Assembly: GCA_963751455.1 (NCBI GenBank)
Contig: CAVVUN010000012.1
Span: 544,001-608,000, forward strand
Length of the DNA stretch: 64,000 nt
DNA from: Nitrospirota bacterium
Lineage (GTDB): Bacteria; Nitrospirota; UBA9217
Direction: 5' to 3'
Shown: piece by piece, positions 1-8,792 of the stretch
Position numbering within the stretch: position 1 is the stretch's first letter
Layout: each line of letters opens with the position of its first letter
The notes under the pieces: generated by a model
What the model saw: only the letters and a program-made list of their open reading frames with translations
What the model was told of the DNA's origin: nothing
Database searches by the model: none
Made by a program: the position numbers and the translations under genes

Positions 1-745
1 TGGCCTCCTCGACCCGGCCCAGTTCCTCATAGGCGCGGGACATCTGATACAGCACCTGATCGTTTCGCTCGTACGTTGGATAATCGTTCAGCAGTTTCTT
101 GTAGAGGTCAACGGCTTCAAGGGCGCCGACCCGCTCCAGGTCATGAGCACCTTCGGCAAGTCCGTCCGCAGCCGAGGCCGGCCCGGGCGCCCAGCCCTGA
201 GCCGCCCTTTTCTCAAAATCGGCCTGCGATTCTCCCAGCACCGGGCCCTGCGCCGGTGCAGGAACAGAGGAGCGCGTGGGTTGCGCCGTAAGCTTCGGAG
301 AGGGCAAGGCGGCGGCCCGCCGCTCTGCTGCGGTATCGCCGGAAAGAAGGCCATATTCCCTTTCGACCTTCAGATCTGCCAGGCGGCGAATAGCCTCCGG
401 CGACAGGGCCGCGTCCGGCTTTTCTTCCAGAAACCGCCGGTAACCCTCCATGGCTTTTTCGAGTCCGCCTTCGATCTTCTCGTCCTTGATTTCGATCTGC
501 ATGTTACGCAACTTGGCAATCGTATCCTTGCCGCCGCCCGTTTGACAGGCGCTCAGGAGCAGCGGCAGCGCGAGCACGATGATTTGGTAAAAAGTCGAAA
601 ATCGCCGATGGACCGTCATTCCGGCTTGTCCGGAATCGTTTCTAATTAGCGCGTTATACGGCAATTCGATTCCCGACAAGCGGGAATGACGACTTTTTAC
701 GAGTTTATCAAGTACGCTCCATCGAAGCCGATTGGTTGTCTTCAT
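1..745 (-). CDS. TPR-repeat lipoprotein, 5' part only (runs off the left edge; absent from the ORF track)
   Basis: Hand translation from ATG at 745 (ATGA overlap with the upstream stop at 742): MKTTNRLRWSVL-[44-aa insert]-VLALPLLLSA-C-QTGGGKDTIAKLRNMQIEIKDEKIEGGLEKAMEGYRRFLEEKPDAALSPEAIRRLADLKVE...AVDLYKKLLNDYPTYERNDQVLYQMSRAYEELGRVEEA. Lipobox LSAC and TPR-like helices. Confidence 0.88.
   Translation of the reverse strand, partial: MKTTNRLRWSVLDKLVKSRHSRLSGIELPYNALIRNDSGQAGMTVHRRFSTFYQIIVLALPLLLSACQTGGGKDTIAKLRNMQIEIKDEKIEGGLEKAMEGYRRFLEEKPDAALSPEAIRRLADLKVEREYGLLSGDTAAERRAAALPSPKLTAQPTRSSVPAPAQGPVLGESQADFEKRAAQGWAPGPASAADGLAEGAHDLERVGALEAVDLYKKLLNDYPTYERNDQVLYQMSRAYEELGRVEEA
578..709. mobile_element. 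132-bp MITE (family B, GTAAAAAGTC-type ends) inserted in frame in the TPR gene
   Basis: Inverted ends GATGATTTGGTAAAAAGTCG...CGACTTTTTACGAGTTTATC; internal GTCATTCC...GGAATGAC palindrome; flanks GAGCAC/AAGTAC look like a decayed 6-bp target duplication; same family as 25313-25445. Confidence 0.85.
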
Positions 746-2631
746 TGCCCGGTCTCCTTGCGGAGTTGGGCCTTGCTGGCCCGATCATAGCTGTCCGCCA
801 GGGCGAAGCGCGCCTTGACCTGGAATTCATCAAGACGGTCACGACGTTTGGTGAGTTCATTCACTGCCATCATCTCGAGCATCTGCCCCTGGCGCGCCAT
901 CAGTTCCCGCACTTTTTCCCGGGCGGCCGTGATCCGGGCCCGCTGGCTGCGGATTACATCGCGGTAGCCCTGGTAGCTTTGCGTGGCAGCCTGGCGTGTA
1001 CGCACAAAGGAAGTGTACTGCTTCCGCAGCAAGTCGATGACTTGATTCAGCTCTCGAAGGTTTTTGTGCGCCACCGTAAGGCGCTGGTCATATTCCGTAT
1101 GAATGTTCCAGTCCAGCACTCCGCGCAGCCGCCTGATCCGGTCGCTATTCCCGGGCGCGATTACGGCACCGCCGGCCGTCAGCGTCTGCTCCAGATGTGC
1201 CAGCTGTTCGCCGATGACACGCTCTTCAGCTGTGGCAAGATAATCGGGGCGAGGCGCTACCAGCATGGTCTGGAGCCGTTGTTCGATCCGGTCACGCTGC
1301 TCCAGCCGCAACCGCATCTGCGAGTCGAGCCGTCTGAATTCCCGGTCGATCGCAGGCAACAGCGGCTTGTAATACGCCTCACGCTGCTCGATGATATCCT
1401 CAAAGGCGACCAGGTCCCCCGGCCAGACCTCCAGTTTTTTGCGCAACTGCTCAAGATCGAGATAATTTTTCAGTGATTCCTGGAAATCATGGGAGGCCAT
1501 CAAATCGAGCAGGTAGAATGTCTCGGGCGTTTCCGGCAGCTCGCGCAGCTTGACAACCCAGTTGGCGTCCTGTTCCAGCTCTTCCCGCACCAGGGCCTTG
1601 AGAAATTTGCCTTCGCGGATGCTGGTGATAGAGGCGCTGAGCTTGTCAATCTCCTTGCCGAACGCCTCCAGGGCCTTACCATACTTCAGCGCCGCCTGGC
1701 TGTACACGCCGAGCTTCGCATACGCATAGGGTACGGCAAGCATGGCTTCCTGCACCGCCGAATCCGTGACCTCGCGTTCAGCCAGGAGGGTCCACGGCGC
1801 CAGGGCATTTTCGAACCGTTCCCGGAAGGCGTCGGCCCAACCCGAACCAAGCAGCGCGCGGTTGGAAAACGGCCCGCTCAGGCGCACCCTGTCGAGCACC
1901 TCCTTGGCGCCCTCGAAATTATTTTCATTCAGCAGCTTTTCGCCGAGCACAAGGTTCGCTTTGTCCTTGATCGCCAGCGTGGCCGGATTATCGCTCTCAA
2001 TCCGGCCGGTAAGGTCGAGATAGTGACGCCCTTCCCGGGCGTTCCCGCTCTTGAGCAGCACGATCCCGAGGTTATACGTGGTAAAACCTTCAAGGCTCCC
2101 GGCGCCCTGGAGATCTTTCAGTATACGGGTCGCATCATCGAAGCGGCCGTTGGCCATAAGGACGTGCGCCTGCAGAAACGCCAGATCATCGCGAATTTCT
2201 CCGGGAACAGCGCCCTTGATGCGGTCCAGGGCATGAATAGCGTTCTCCGGCTGGTCTTTCTGGAAGTATATCCGGGCGAGGCGGAAAATGGCCTCGTTGC
2301 GCACGATCTCCTCGACATTGCCCTCGATCACGGCCTTGATCGCGCGCCCGGCGCGCTGGTGCATGCGGTAGAAAAGCTCGAAATCGCCCACGTTAAACTC
2401 GGCCTGATCAACATGGTAGTAAAGGGAATTGAGTGCAGGCTCATCCAGCCCGCGATACTGCCCAAGCTCACTGTCGAGCCGGGCAATGGCCTCGAACCAG
2501 TCATCTTGATAGGCGTAATACAGTGCCTCGCCGAAATAAAGGTCCTTCAAGTCTTTTGGCGCGGCTGTGCTCGTGGCCAGTGCAGGCGCTGCGAACAACA
2601 GGGAAGCCAGCAAGATAAGGAATCTGGACAT
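742..2631 (-). CDS. Exported TPR-repeat/coiled-coil protein (629 aa)
   Basis: Signal peptide (…FAAPALA), TPR-like helices (YNLGIVLL, ALLGSGWA, AMLAVPYAY), C-terminal coiled coil ending ARFALADSYD; translationally coupled to its neighbours. Confidence 0.88.
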   Translation of the reverse strand: MSRFLILLASLLFAAPALATSTAAPKDLKDLYFGEALYYAYQDDWFEAIARLDSELGQYRGLDEPALNSLYYHVDQAEFNVGDFELFYRMHQRAGRAIKAVIEGNVEEIVRNEAIFRLARIYFQKDQPENAIHALDRIKGAVPGEIRDDLAFLQAHVLMANGRFDDATRILKDLQGAGSLEGFTTYNLGIVLLKSGNAREGRHYLDLTGRIESDNPATLAIKDKANLVLGEKLLNENNFEGAKEVLDRVRLSGPFSNRALLGSGWADAFRERFENALAPWTLLAEREVTDSAVQEAMLAVPYAYAKLGVYSQAALKYGKALEAFGKEIDKLSASITSIREGKFLKALVREELEQDANWVVKLRELPETPETFYLLDLMASHDFQESLKNYLDLEQLRKKLEVWPGDLVAFEDIIEQREAYYKPLLPAIDREFRRLDSQMRLRLEQRDRIEQRLQTMLVAPRPDYLATAEERVIGEQLAHLEQTLTAGGAVIAPGNSDRIRRLRGVLDWNIHTEYDQRLTVAHKNLRELNQVIDLLRKQYTSFVRTRQAATQSYQGYRDVIRSQRARITAAREKVRELMARQGQMLEMMAVNELTKRRDRLDEFQVKARFALADSYDRASKAQLRKETGQ

Positions 2632-2634
2632 ACG

Positions 2635-3159
2635 CTACCAATCCTTAAGCGTGATAGTTTGAGCGTCGGAACCGGCAAGATGAATTTCTACCATCTTGGG
2701 TCCGACGTCCTTGCTGAACTTGAAGCTTTCCGTCCCGCGGAGCTCGGATCCGCCCCCGGTTTTGCCGTTCAGGAGCACCTGCAGGTCGTGCTCGCCGGAT
2801 TTGATATTGCCGGTATAGATGCGCTGCACTCCGCCCTTCAGAAGCGCTTCGAGTTCCTTGAAGGTATAGAGGTGATGAGTGACGGGCTTGCCGTCCAACT
2901 GAACCTCCATCGAATCGAGGCGAAATTTCGCCCCGTTATCCATTGACACAAAGACGGCAACCTGGGTATTGGACGGATACAGCAGCTTCTCTTCGAGCAA
3001 GCTCAGCTCCGCCGCGATACCGAGAACATCGGTCTTGATTTCCTGAACCTGTTCATCCAGACCCTTGATCTGTTCCTTGGAGACTTTTTCCGCATAGGCG
3101 GGAACGGTCAGTATCACCATCGCAATGGAGAGAATGATCCGTCTTGAAATGTGCAACAT
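2635..3159 (-). CDS. Conserved exported hypothetical protein (174 aa; coiled coil plus beta-sandwich)
   Basis: Signal peptide, GGAGG RBS, motifs LEEKLLYP and EALLKGGVQRIYTGN; stop lies 3 bp before the next start. Confidence 0.85.
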   Translation of the reverse strand: MLHISRRIILSIAMVILTVPAYAEKVSKEQIKGLDEQVQEIKTDVLGIAAELSLLEEKLLYPSNTQVAVFVSMDNGAKFRLDSMEVQLDGKPVTHHLYTFKELEALLKGGVQRIYTGNIKSGEHDLQVLLNGKTGGGSELRGTESFKFSKDVGPKMVEIHLAGSDAQTITLKDW

Positions 3160-3186
3160 GGCTGCCTCCTGAAAAATTCCGTTTTA

Positions 3187-3431
3187 ACCGCAGAGACGCG
3201 GAGAGAAACGAAAATCAATTAGCCGCGAATAAACGCGAATGATCGCGAATGAGAAAAAATGTGAAATGTTTAGCCACGGATTGACACGGATTTACACGGA
3301 GAGAGGCTAAAGCATTTATCCCGAATGAATCTTTTTCAAAAAAGAGATTTCTTTTTTTATTTGCGTCAATTTGCGTAAATTCGCGGCAAAAGTTTTTGTT
3401 TTTATCCGTGGCCATCCGTGTTCTCCGTGGC
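3187..3431. repeat. Cluster of periodic-arm imperfect palindromes (REP-like)
   Basis: (CGCGAAT)x3 at 3222-3250 is complementary to 3359-3387; (CACGGA)x3 at 3273-3300 is complementary to 3404-3431; 10-nt period. Confidence 0.75.
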
Positions 3432-3439
3432 AAAGATTT

Positions 3440-6400
3440 TTATATTTTCCCGATGATATTGATGAAGAGACCCTGGTGTTCGTAATCCATATCGGTCAGA
3501 TCATCAGAGAACTTGCTGAAGTTGTACCCGATTCCCAGCTTGACGTAATTGCCCAGATGCCGGTAAATACCAACCAGTACCCCATCGAGTCGATCGTGCG
3601 CGTCAGGCAGATCGAGCAGGCGGCCTTCGATCAGGGCGTCCCACGTATGCACAATATGCCAGTCAACGCGCAGGATATACAGCGATGCCCGGCTGTCAAA
3701 GTACTCGGGATCGGCCCGGTCCAGGCTAACCTGCGCCAGCCGATAGGCGTACTTGCCGCCCACGGTCCAGCGCGACGTCAGGTCGTACATGACATCAACC
3801 GCCGCAATGTGACTGCGCTGGATAATGCCCGCCGTGCTGGTGCCGCTGAGCTGCTCCGCTGCCGGCACATTGTAAAAATAGGTGTACTTGAGCAGCGCAT
3901 TCAAACGGTCATTGTTGACAGGACGGTAAGCATAGCCCATCACCGCCTCCGTATAGCTGCCGTCGTAGAACTGGCCCTGCGAACTCTCGCTCTGTGAATA
4001 GTTTAATTTGCCGTTGAGGCGCCAGTCCGGAGACAACTGATACCTGAGGCTGTTTTTCAGCAGCCAGGTGGTCCGTTTGATGGTGCTGGTATCCAGCTGC
4101 TCCGAATCATCCACCCGATATTCAAAGGCGCTGGTCATCTTCAGCTTCTTGAATCCATAACCAACGCTCGCTCCGGCCGCCGTTCTCCTGATCTCGGCCC
4201 CTGTCCGATTGTCCCGCAGAGTGCCGAAATCCAGTTTGGCTCCGAGATTAAGACGATCGGTGGGCGCCAGATCGACGCCGGTGGAATGCATGAGACCCGT
4301 GGGGACATCTCCATGGGTATAGCGCTCTTCCAGATAGACACTGGCGCTGTCCGAGTAGCGGGTGCGAAACCCTGACGCCATGTTCCCCTTTCTCGCTCGG
4401 AGGCCGTTGTCCGTGTGCTCGTTCTCCAGGCCATAATTGAGGTAGAGAGTAGTCCGGTCGGAATAAAGATATTCCGTGCCGAGCCGGCCGGCCATTCCAA
4501 GATCCCCTTCGGAGACCTCGCCGTCCAGCTTAAGGCGGTCGGTTACCCGATAACCGCCGCCAGCGCCGATCCGGTCGTTGTCCTCGCGATTGCCGCTCAT
4601 CTGTACCGACTCCTGCGCGAAACCGTAACCGCTCCATCGCGCCTTGGAATCATACAACGCCCTGGCCACCACATCGGTGCGGTGCCCCTCTTCCTGGGTC
4701 AACGGAACCACCGCTGAATTATCCGTGCGTTGGTCCCGGCGCAGGCCCGAACTCATTGTCCAGTGTGCGTTCATTTGATAATCGAAATTCAGTTCAGCGG
4801 CCTCTGTTTCAAGCCCCTGGTCCACAGTCCGTTTGTCGGCCTTGATGTGCATCCCCACACGCTCGGTGATGGGCAATTCCGTTGTGCCGCCAATTTGGGA
4901 CACGTCCCGATCGGCGGCCAGTCCCGGCGCCGCATAGCCCGCCTCGAGCTCCTGGTTGTATAAGGTGAACCGCCCCTTCCCTTTTTCGAAGAGGTCCTGG
5001 AAACCGACGCTGACATCGACGCGGTGGGCCATGGCATCAACATCGGATTGACTCAAAGAGTCGGTGGTGCTGAAATTGAAACCGCCGTCCAGTGAATTCG
5101 TGGTGAAGAGACTCGACCCCTTGCTGCGGCCGGCTTCGAGCTTGACCCAGGTATTGGAGGATTTGCGGATGGTCACATCCGCGCCATCCAGGTTGTTATC
5201 ATCTCCCTCTTCCTCGTTCCGGCTGGCGGTCACGCCGACCTTGACATTGTCGCCGAACCAGTAATGTCCCCGGCCGCCAAATGCCATCGCATCCAGGTGC
5301 TCAACCCCGGGCGTGAATTCGTAACGGACAACCAGAAAGACGGGGTTGCCGCCGGTCGAGTCACTCTGCACCAGCAGAGAGTCGTCCGCCGTCGAAGCCA
5401 GGGGTTGGGACAGCAGCAAGCGGCCCTGCAAATAGTCGAGCTCGTAATCCAGAGCCGGCAACAGGTTTTTAACAGCAAGCACCATGCCTGAATCCTTGTC
5501 GCGGACCTCGATGCGCACCCGTTCCGAACCGGTAAGAATGTCCTGCCGGCGCAGGAAGTAGAGTGACCCGCTCGTCCCGCGGAATTCATCACGCCCGGCC
5601 ATTGTGCCCGGTTCGGCGGCAAACCCGTCGAGCAGGAAGCGCTGCTCGCCGAAGCTGGCAGTGTCAAGGGTCTGATAATGCAAATTGGCCCCGTACAGCC
5701 CGCGGTCGACGTGCGCCAGGTCGTTACCGGTATAGCCGATCTTGAAATTGCCCCAGAGGCCGTAGTTTCGATCCTTGCTCAGCATGGCGTAGAATTTCCC
5801 CATGGTTGGTGCATCTTCTACAACGCTGCTGTCATCGCCATAGGTTGGCATGTGGTAATCCGGATCGATACGCCGGAACAGCGCATCAGGCGACTTGTCC
5901 AGGAAGTTGCTGAAGATCTCGTCCAGCGGCCCTTCGCGCGTATCGGCGCTGGCTGTCAGCCCCCAGCCGTTGCCGAACCGGCCTTTCGTATAGAAGGCAA
6001 ACCGTCCCTGGAGGTCAAAGTCATCGCTGTATTGCGGCTTGTCCGGGGCGAGCAGCTTGGCCGGGCCGTTGGTCTTGTTGCGCGACAGGGTCAGGTCGGC
6101 GATGCCCACCGTGAACCAGCCGTTCTTCTCCAGCGCCAGATCGCGCAGATAGAGTTCACCGTTGCCGGACTTGTCAAGCACGGCCACCTCAACGGTATGC
6201 AGACCCGCCGGCAGGATTTCTTCGGCTATGAAACGGCCCTTGTCATCCACCGGCACCGGGTATCCGGCCAGCCAGACGCCGTATCCGGCCGGGATCGCGC
6301 TGCCATGGGCCTGCACGACTCCGCCGCTCAGCGGGATGTTCCGGCTCGCGATACGGCTTTCACCATAGCCCACACGCAATTCCGTACGCGGGTCGGACTG

Positions 6401-8548
6401 GATAACGACCGGATCGATCTGGTCGACCACCCACAGCGGCTGGGCCGTGGTCTCGTCGAATTGATCTTTCGCAGCGTACACGCGGACCAGATATTTGAGC
6501 TCCCGGCCCGGCGCCGACAAAGTTTCGAAAACGGGCTGCCATTCAGCCATGCCCTCATCATTCATGGGGATGACGGCCATTGGCGTGTCACGGACAGACT
6601 GGGCCTCATCGAAAACCCTGACCTCCGCCCGCTTGATAAAGGTGTTGTAGTTGGCGTAGAGCCGAAAGCGGACCAGGTTCTCGGCAAACTCGGTCTCCGC
6701 AAGGTCCTGATAGCGGATGCTGCGCGGCCATGCGGTTACGTTCAGCCGCGGCTCCGCCTTCAGGTTGTCGTATTTGAACTCGATGCGGGCATGGTCAAGG
6801 GCCACGTCAATACAGCGCTGCACGTCCGGAATGCTCTTGCCCGGATCGTCGATCGGCTTGCCGTCAACGGTGATGCGCATGAGATTCAGGCCAAACGGAT
6901 TGGTTGTGCTCACCTCGCGGGTCATACGGGTGATATCCACCCCTTCGTAGTTATCGAGGGCGACGAGTTCATCATAGATAACCTGCACCTCGACCCGCGA
7001 TGTGTCCGACTCGATGAAGCCGACATTGACCACGTCCGCGGTCTGGACATAGCCCCGGCCTTCAAACTCCGCCTGCTGCTCGGTCAGTCCCATCTGCCCG
7101 CGCACCGCGGTCATGGCCCGGCGGGCACGCGCAGTGGACCAGCCGATATCGTCGCCATAAACCGAAGCGGTGCGCCGGTCGAGCCGCTTGTTGCTGGTAT
7201 AGCCGATAAAGCGCAAGCGGACGTTGACCTTGTCCTTGATCTCTTCCATGAGCCGCTTCAACCGCTCCGTATAACCGGCAGGCAGGACCGGGGCGCCCTT
7301 TTCGAACAGTACCGGAGCAATGCCGCCCGACGGCGGGTCATAGACCTTGGTGACCGTTTCAGCGCCGGCATCTTCCGGACACAGCCGCGGCTCAGCAGGC
7401 AGGTCCTGGAGCGGATCGTCATGCCAGAATTCGACCTCGACGCGCCGGTTCATGGCCCTGCCCTGCGGCGTGTCATTGGAGGCGGCTTGCGTCGCTCCTT
7501 TGCCCTCGGTTTCAACCGCGACATTGGACAAACGCAGAGCGTCATGGACCGCAAGGGCAACACGCCGCGCCACCGCCTTCGACATTCCCAGATGGTCGCC
7601 GTAGATACGCTCGTCGCGCCCTTCCAGCGGGGTATTGTCGGTATAGGCAGTGAATTTGACGGTGATATTTTCTTTGGCTCTCAAATTGATCAGCGCCTGT
7701 CCGATCTGCTGCAGAAATTCTTCCGGCACGGTCACCATGCTCTTTTCGTAATGCATGGGCGCAACCAGGTTCTTGACGCGGGCCCGATGGAAATGGCCTT
7801 CCTTATAACGCAATTTGCAGACCGTCTCGGTGCGGCAAACCTTGACGCGATTCACCTGCCGGGGAACGATCACTTCCTTTTCGACCAGCTTTTCGCTGAT
7901 CTCGTCATACCAGACCTCAACCTCCACCCGCCGGTTGAGCGCCCGGCCCGCCTTGGTGGCATTGCTGGCGATTGGCCGGCTCTCTCCCAAACCCTCATAG
8001 GAGATGGCTTCCGGGGGAAGCCGAAGGGCGCGCTGGCAATATTCGGCGGTAGTGCCCGCGCGTTCCCGGGACAGGCCGGTATTGTCCCTGTATTTCTCCT
8101 TCAGCGCGCCGCTCAGCCCCTGCGAATCGGCGTAGCCGACAAAGTGCAGGCGCACATTCGCGCGATCACGCATGCTCTCGAGCACGCCGCGCAGAAGCGT
8201 CACATACTCCTCGGGAATGTCCGCCTCACCCTGGCGGAAACGGATGGGCGGGACGACATTCGCCAACTTGATCGTCTTCACTTTCTTTTCCGCGATCTGT
8301 CGCAACTCAGTGCGGTCCCCCTGGTCCTCCGCAAAAACGGACGGATCAAAAAGCCACGGAAAGAAGGCCCTGTCCTTTGGCAGGTGCATTTCCGTCGTTT
8401 CGCCGAATGTGGCAGCCTCCCTTGTTCCCGGGCCCGCAGTCACGGTCGCCGCAGATAATATTTCCGCATAGACAGCGGTCTCCGGTCCGGCTACGGACAT
8501 AACGAACATAAATATAAGGGCGATACAGCGCTTCATCATTAATCCCAT
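3440..8548 (-). CDS. Large outer-membrane protein: three OmpA-like peptidoglycan-binding domains plus a long C-terminal beta-barrel region (1702 aa)
   Basis: Signal peptide; OmpA motifs VGYAD..N..LS..RA..GRALNRRVEV, YTDN..GRAMNRRVEV and a third degenerate copy; last ~900 aa are alternating aromatic/Gly strands ending GLFINIIGKI. Confidence 0.9.
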   Translation of the reverse strand: MGLMMKRCIALIFMFVMSVAGPETAVYAEILSAATVTAGPGTREAATFGETTEMHLPKDRAFFPWLFDPSVFAEDQGDRTELRQIAEKKVKTIKLANVVPPIRFRQGEADIPEEYVTLLRGVLESMRDRANVRLHFVGYADSQGLSGALKEKYRDNTGLSRERAGTTAEYCQRALRLPPEAISYEGLGESRPIASNATKAGRALNRRVEVEVWYDEISEKLVEKEVIVPRQVNRVKVCRTETVCKLRYKEGHFHRARVKNLVAPMHYEKSMVTVPEEFLQQIGQALINLRAKENITVKFTAYTDNTPLEGRDERIYGDHLGMSKAVARRVALAVHDALRLSNVAVETEGKGATQAASNDTPQGRAMNRRVEVEFWHDDPLQDLPAEPRLCPEDAGAETVTKVYDPPSGGIAPVLFEKGAPVLPAGYTERLKRLMEEIKDKVNVRLRFIGYTSNKRLDRRTASVYGDDIGWSTARARRAMTAVRGQMGLTEQQAEFEGRGYVQTADVVNVGFIESDTSRVEVQVIYDELVALDNYEGVDITRMTREVSTTNPFGLNLMRITVDGKPIDDPGKSIPDVQRCIDVALDHARIEFKYDNLKAEPRLNVTAWPRSIRYQDLAETEFAENLVRFRLYANYNTFIKRAEVRVFDEAQSVRDTPMAVIPMNDEGMAEWQPVFETLSAPGRELKYLVRVYAAKDQFDETTAQPLWVVDQIDPVVIQSDPRTELRVGYGESRIASRNIPLSGGVVQAHGSAIPAGYGVWLAGYPVPVDDKGRFIAEEILPAGLHTVEVAVLDKSGNGELYLRDLALEKNGWFTVGIADLTLSRNKTNGPAKLLAPDKPQYSDDFDLQGRFAFYTKGRFGNGWGLTASADTREGPLDEIFSNFLDKSPDALFRRIDPDYHMPTYGDDSSVVEDAPTMGKFYAMLSKDRNYGLWGNFKIGYTGNDLAHVDRGLYGANLHYQTLDTASFGEQRFLLDGFAAEPGTMAGRDEFRGTSGSLYFLRRQDILTGSERVRIEVRDKDSGMVLAVKNLLPALDYELDYLQGRLLLSQPLASTADDSLLVQSDSTGGNPVFLVVRYEFTPGVEHLDAMAFGGRGHYWFGDNVKVGVTASRNEEEGDDNNLDGADVTIRKSSNTWVKLEAGRSKGSSLFTTNSLDGGFNFSTTDSLSQSDVDAMAHRVDVSVGFQDLFEKGKGRFTLYNQELEAGYAAPGLAADRDVSQIGGTTELPITERVGMHIKADKRTVDQGLETEAAELNFDYQMNAHWTMSSGLRRDQRTDNSAVVPLTQEEGHRTDVVARALYDSKARWSGYGFAQESVQMSGNREDNDRIGAGGGYRVTDRLKLDGEVSEGDLGMAGRLGTEYLYSDRTTLYLNYGLENEHTDNGLRARKGNMASGFRTRYSDSASVYLEERYTHGDVPTGLMHSTGVDLAPTDRLNLGAKLDFGTLRDNRTGAEIRRTAAGASVGYGFKKLKMTSAFEYRVDDSEQLDTSTIKRTTWLLKNSLRYQLSPDWRLNGKLNYSQSESSQGQFYDGSYTEAVMGYAYRPVNNDRLNALLKYTYFYNVPAAEQLSGTSTAGIIQRSHIAAVDVMYDLTSRWTVGGKYAYRLAQVSLDRADPEYFDSRASLYILRVDWHIVHTWDALIEGRLLDLPDAHDRLDGVLVGIYRHLGNYVKLGIGYNFSKFSDDLTDMDYEHQGLFINIIGKI

Positions 8549-8613
8549 CTACTCCAAGGAGGTCAATAAGATCCATCCGCAAGGGCTTGCCCAATGCCTG
8601 CCCCGACATTTCA

Positions 8614-8768
8614 TACCTGACCCATAAAGCAAAACATTTGAACCGCTAAGGCGCAAAGGTCGCGAGGAAAACTAAACAACTCAAGATTTTTTTGTTTTGA
8701 CATCCTTTGCGTCCTTCGCGTCTTCGCGGTAAATATTTTCTTGCCGTTTTGAATGATTCTCGTAACTA
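8614..8768. repeat. Composite repeat element (family C chassis plus periodic hairpin)
   Basis: Inner hairpin ACCGCTAAGGCGCAAAGG...CCTTTGCGTCCTTCGCGTCTTCGCGGT; outer sequences resemble 32715-32898 in the opposite orientation. Confidence 0.6.
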
Positions 8769-8792
8769 ATCATCAATCGCATGGCTTCCGCA

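Noticed and set aside
5678-8458. 926-aa plus-strand ORF, and similar long ORFs such as 1489-2946 and 12709-13695
   Set aside because: Antisense shadows of GC-rich minus-strand genes; no recognisable motifs, while the opposite strand has clear domains.
8549-8792. DUF11 and OmpA-barrel genes as one gene split by an insertion or frameshift
   Set aside because: The upstream gene has a clean stop and the downstream gene has its own RBS and signal peptide.
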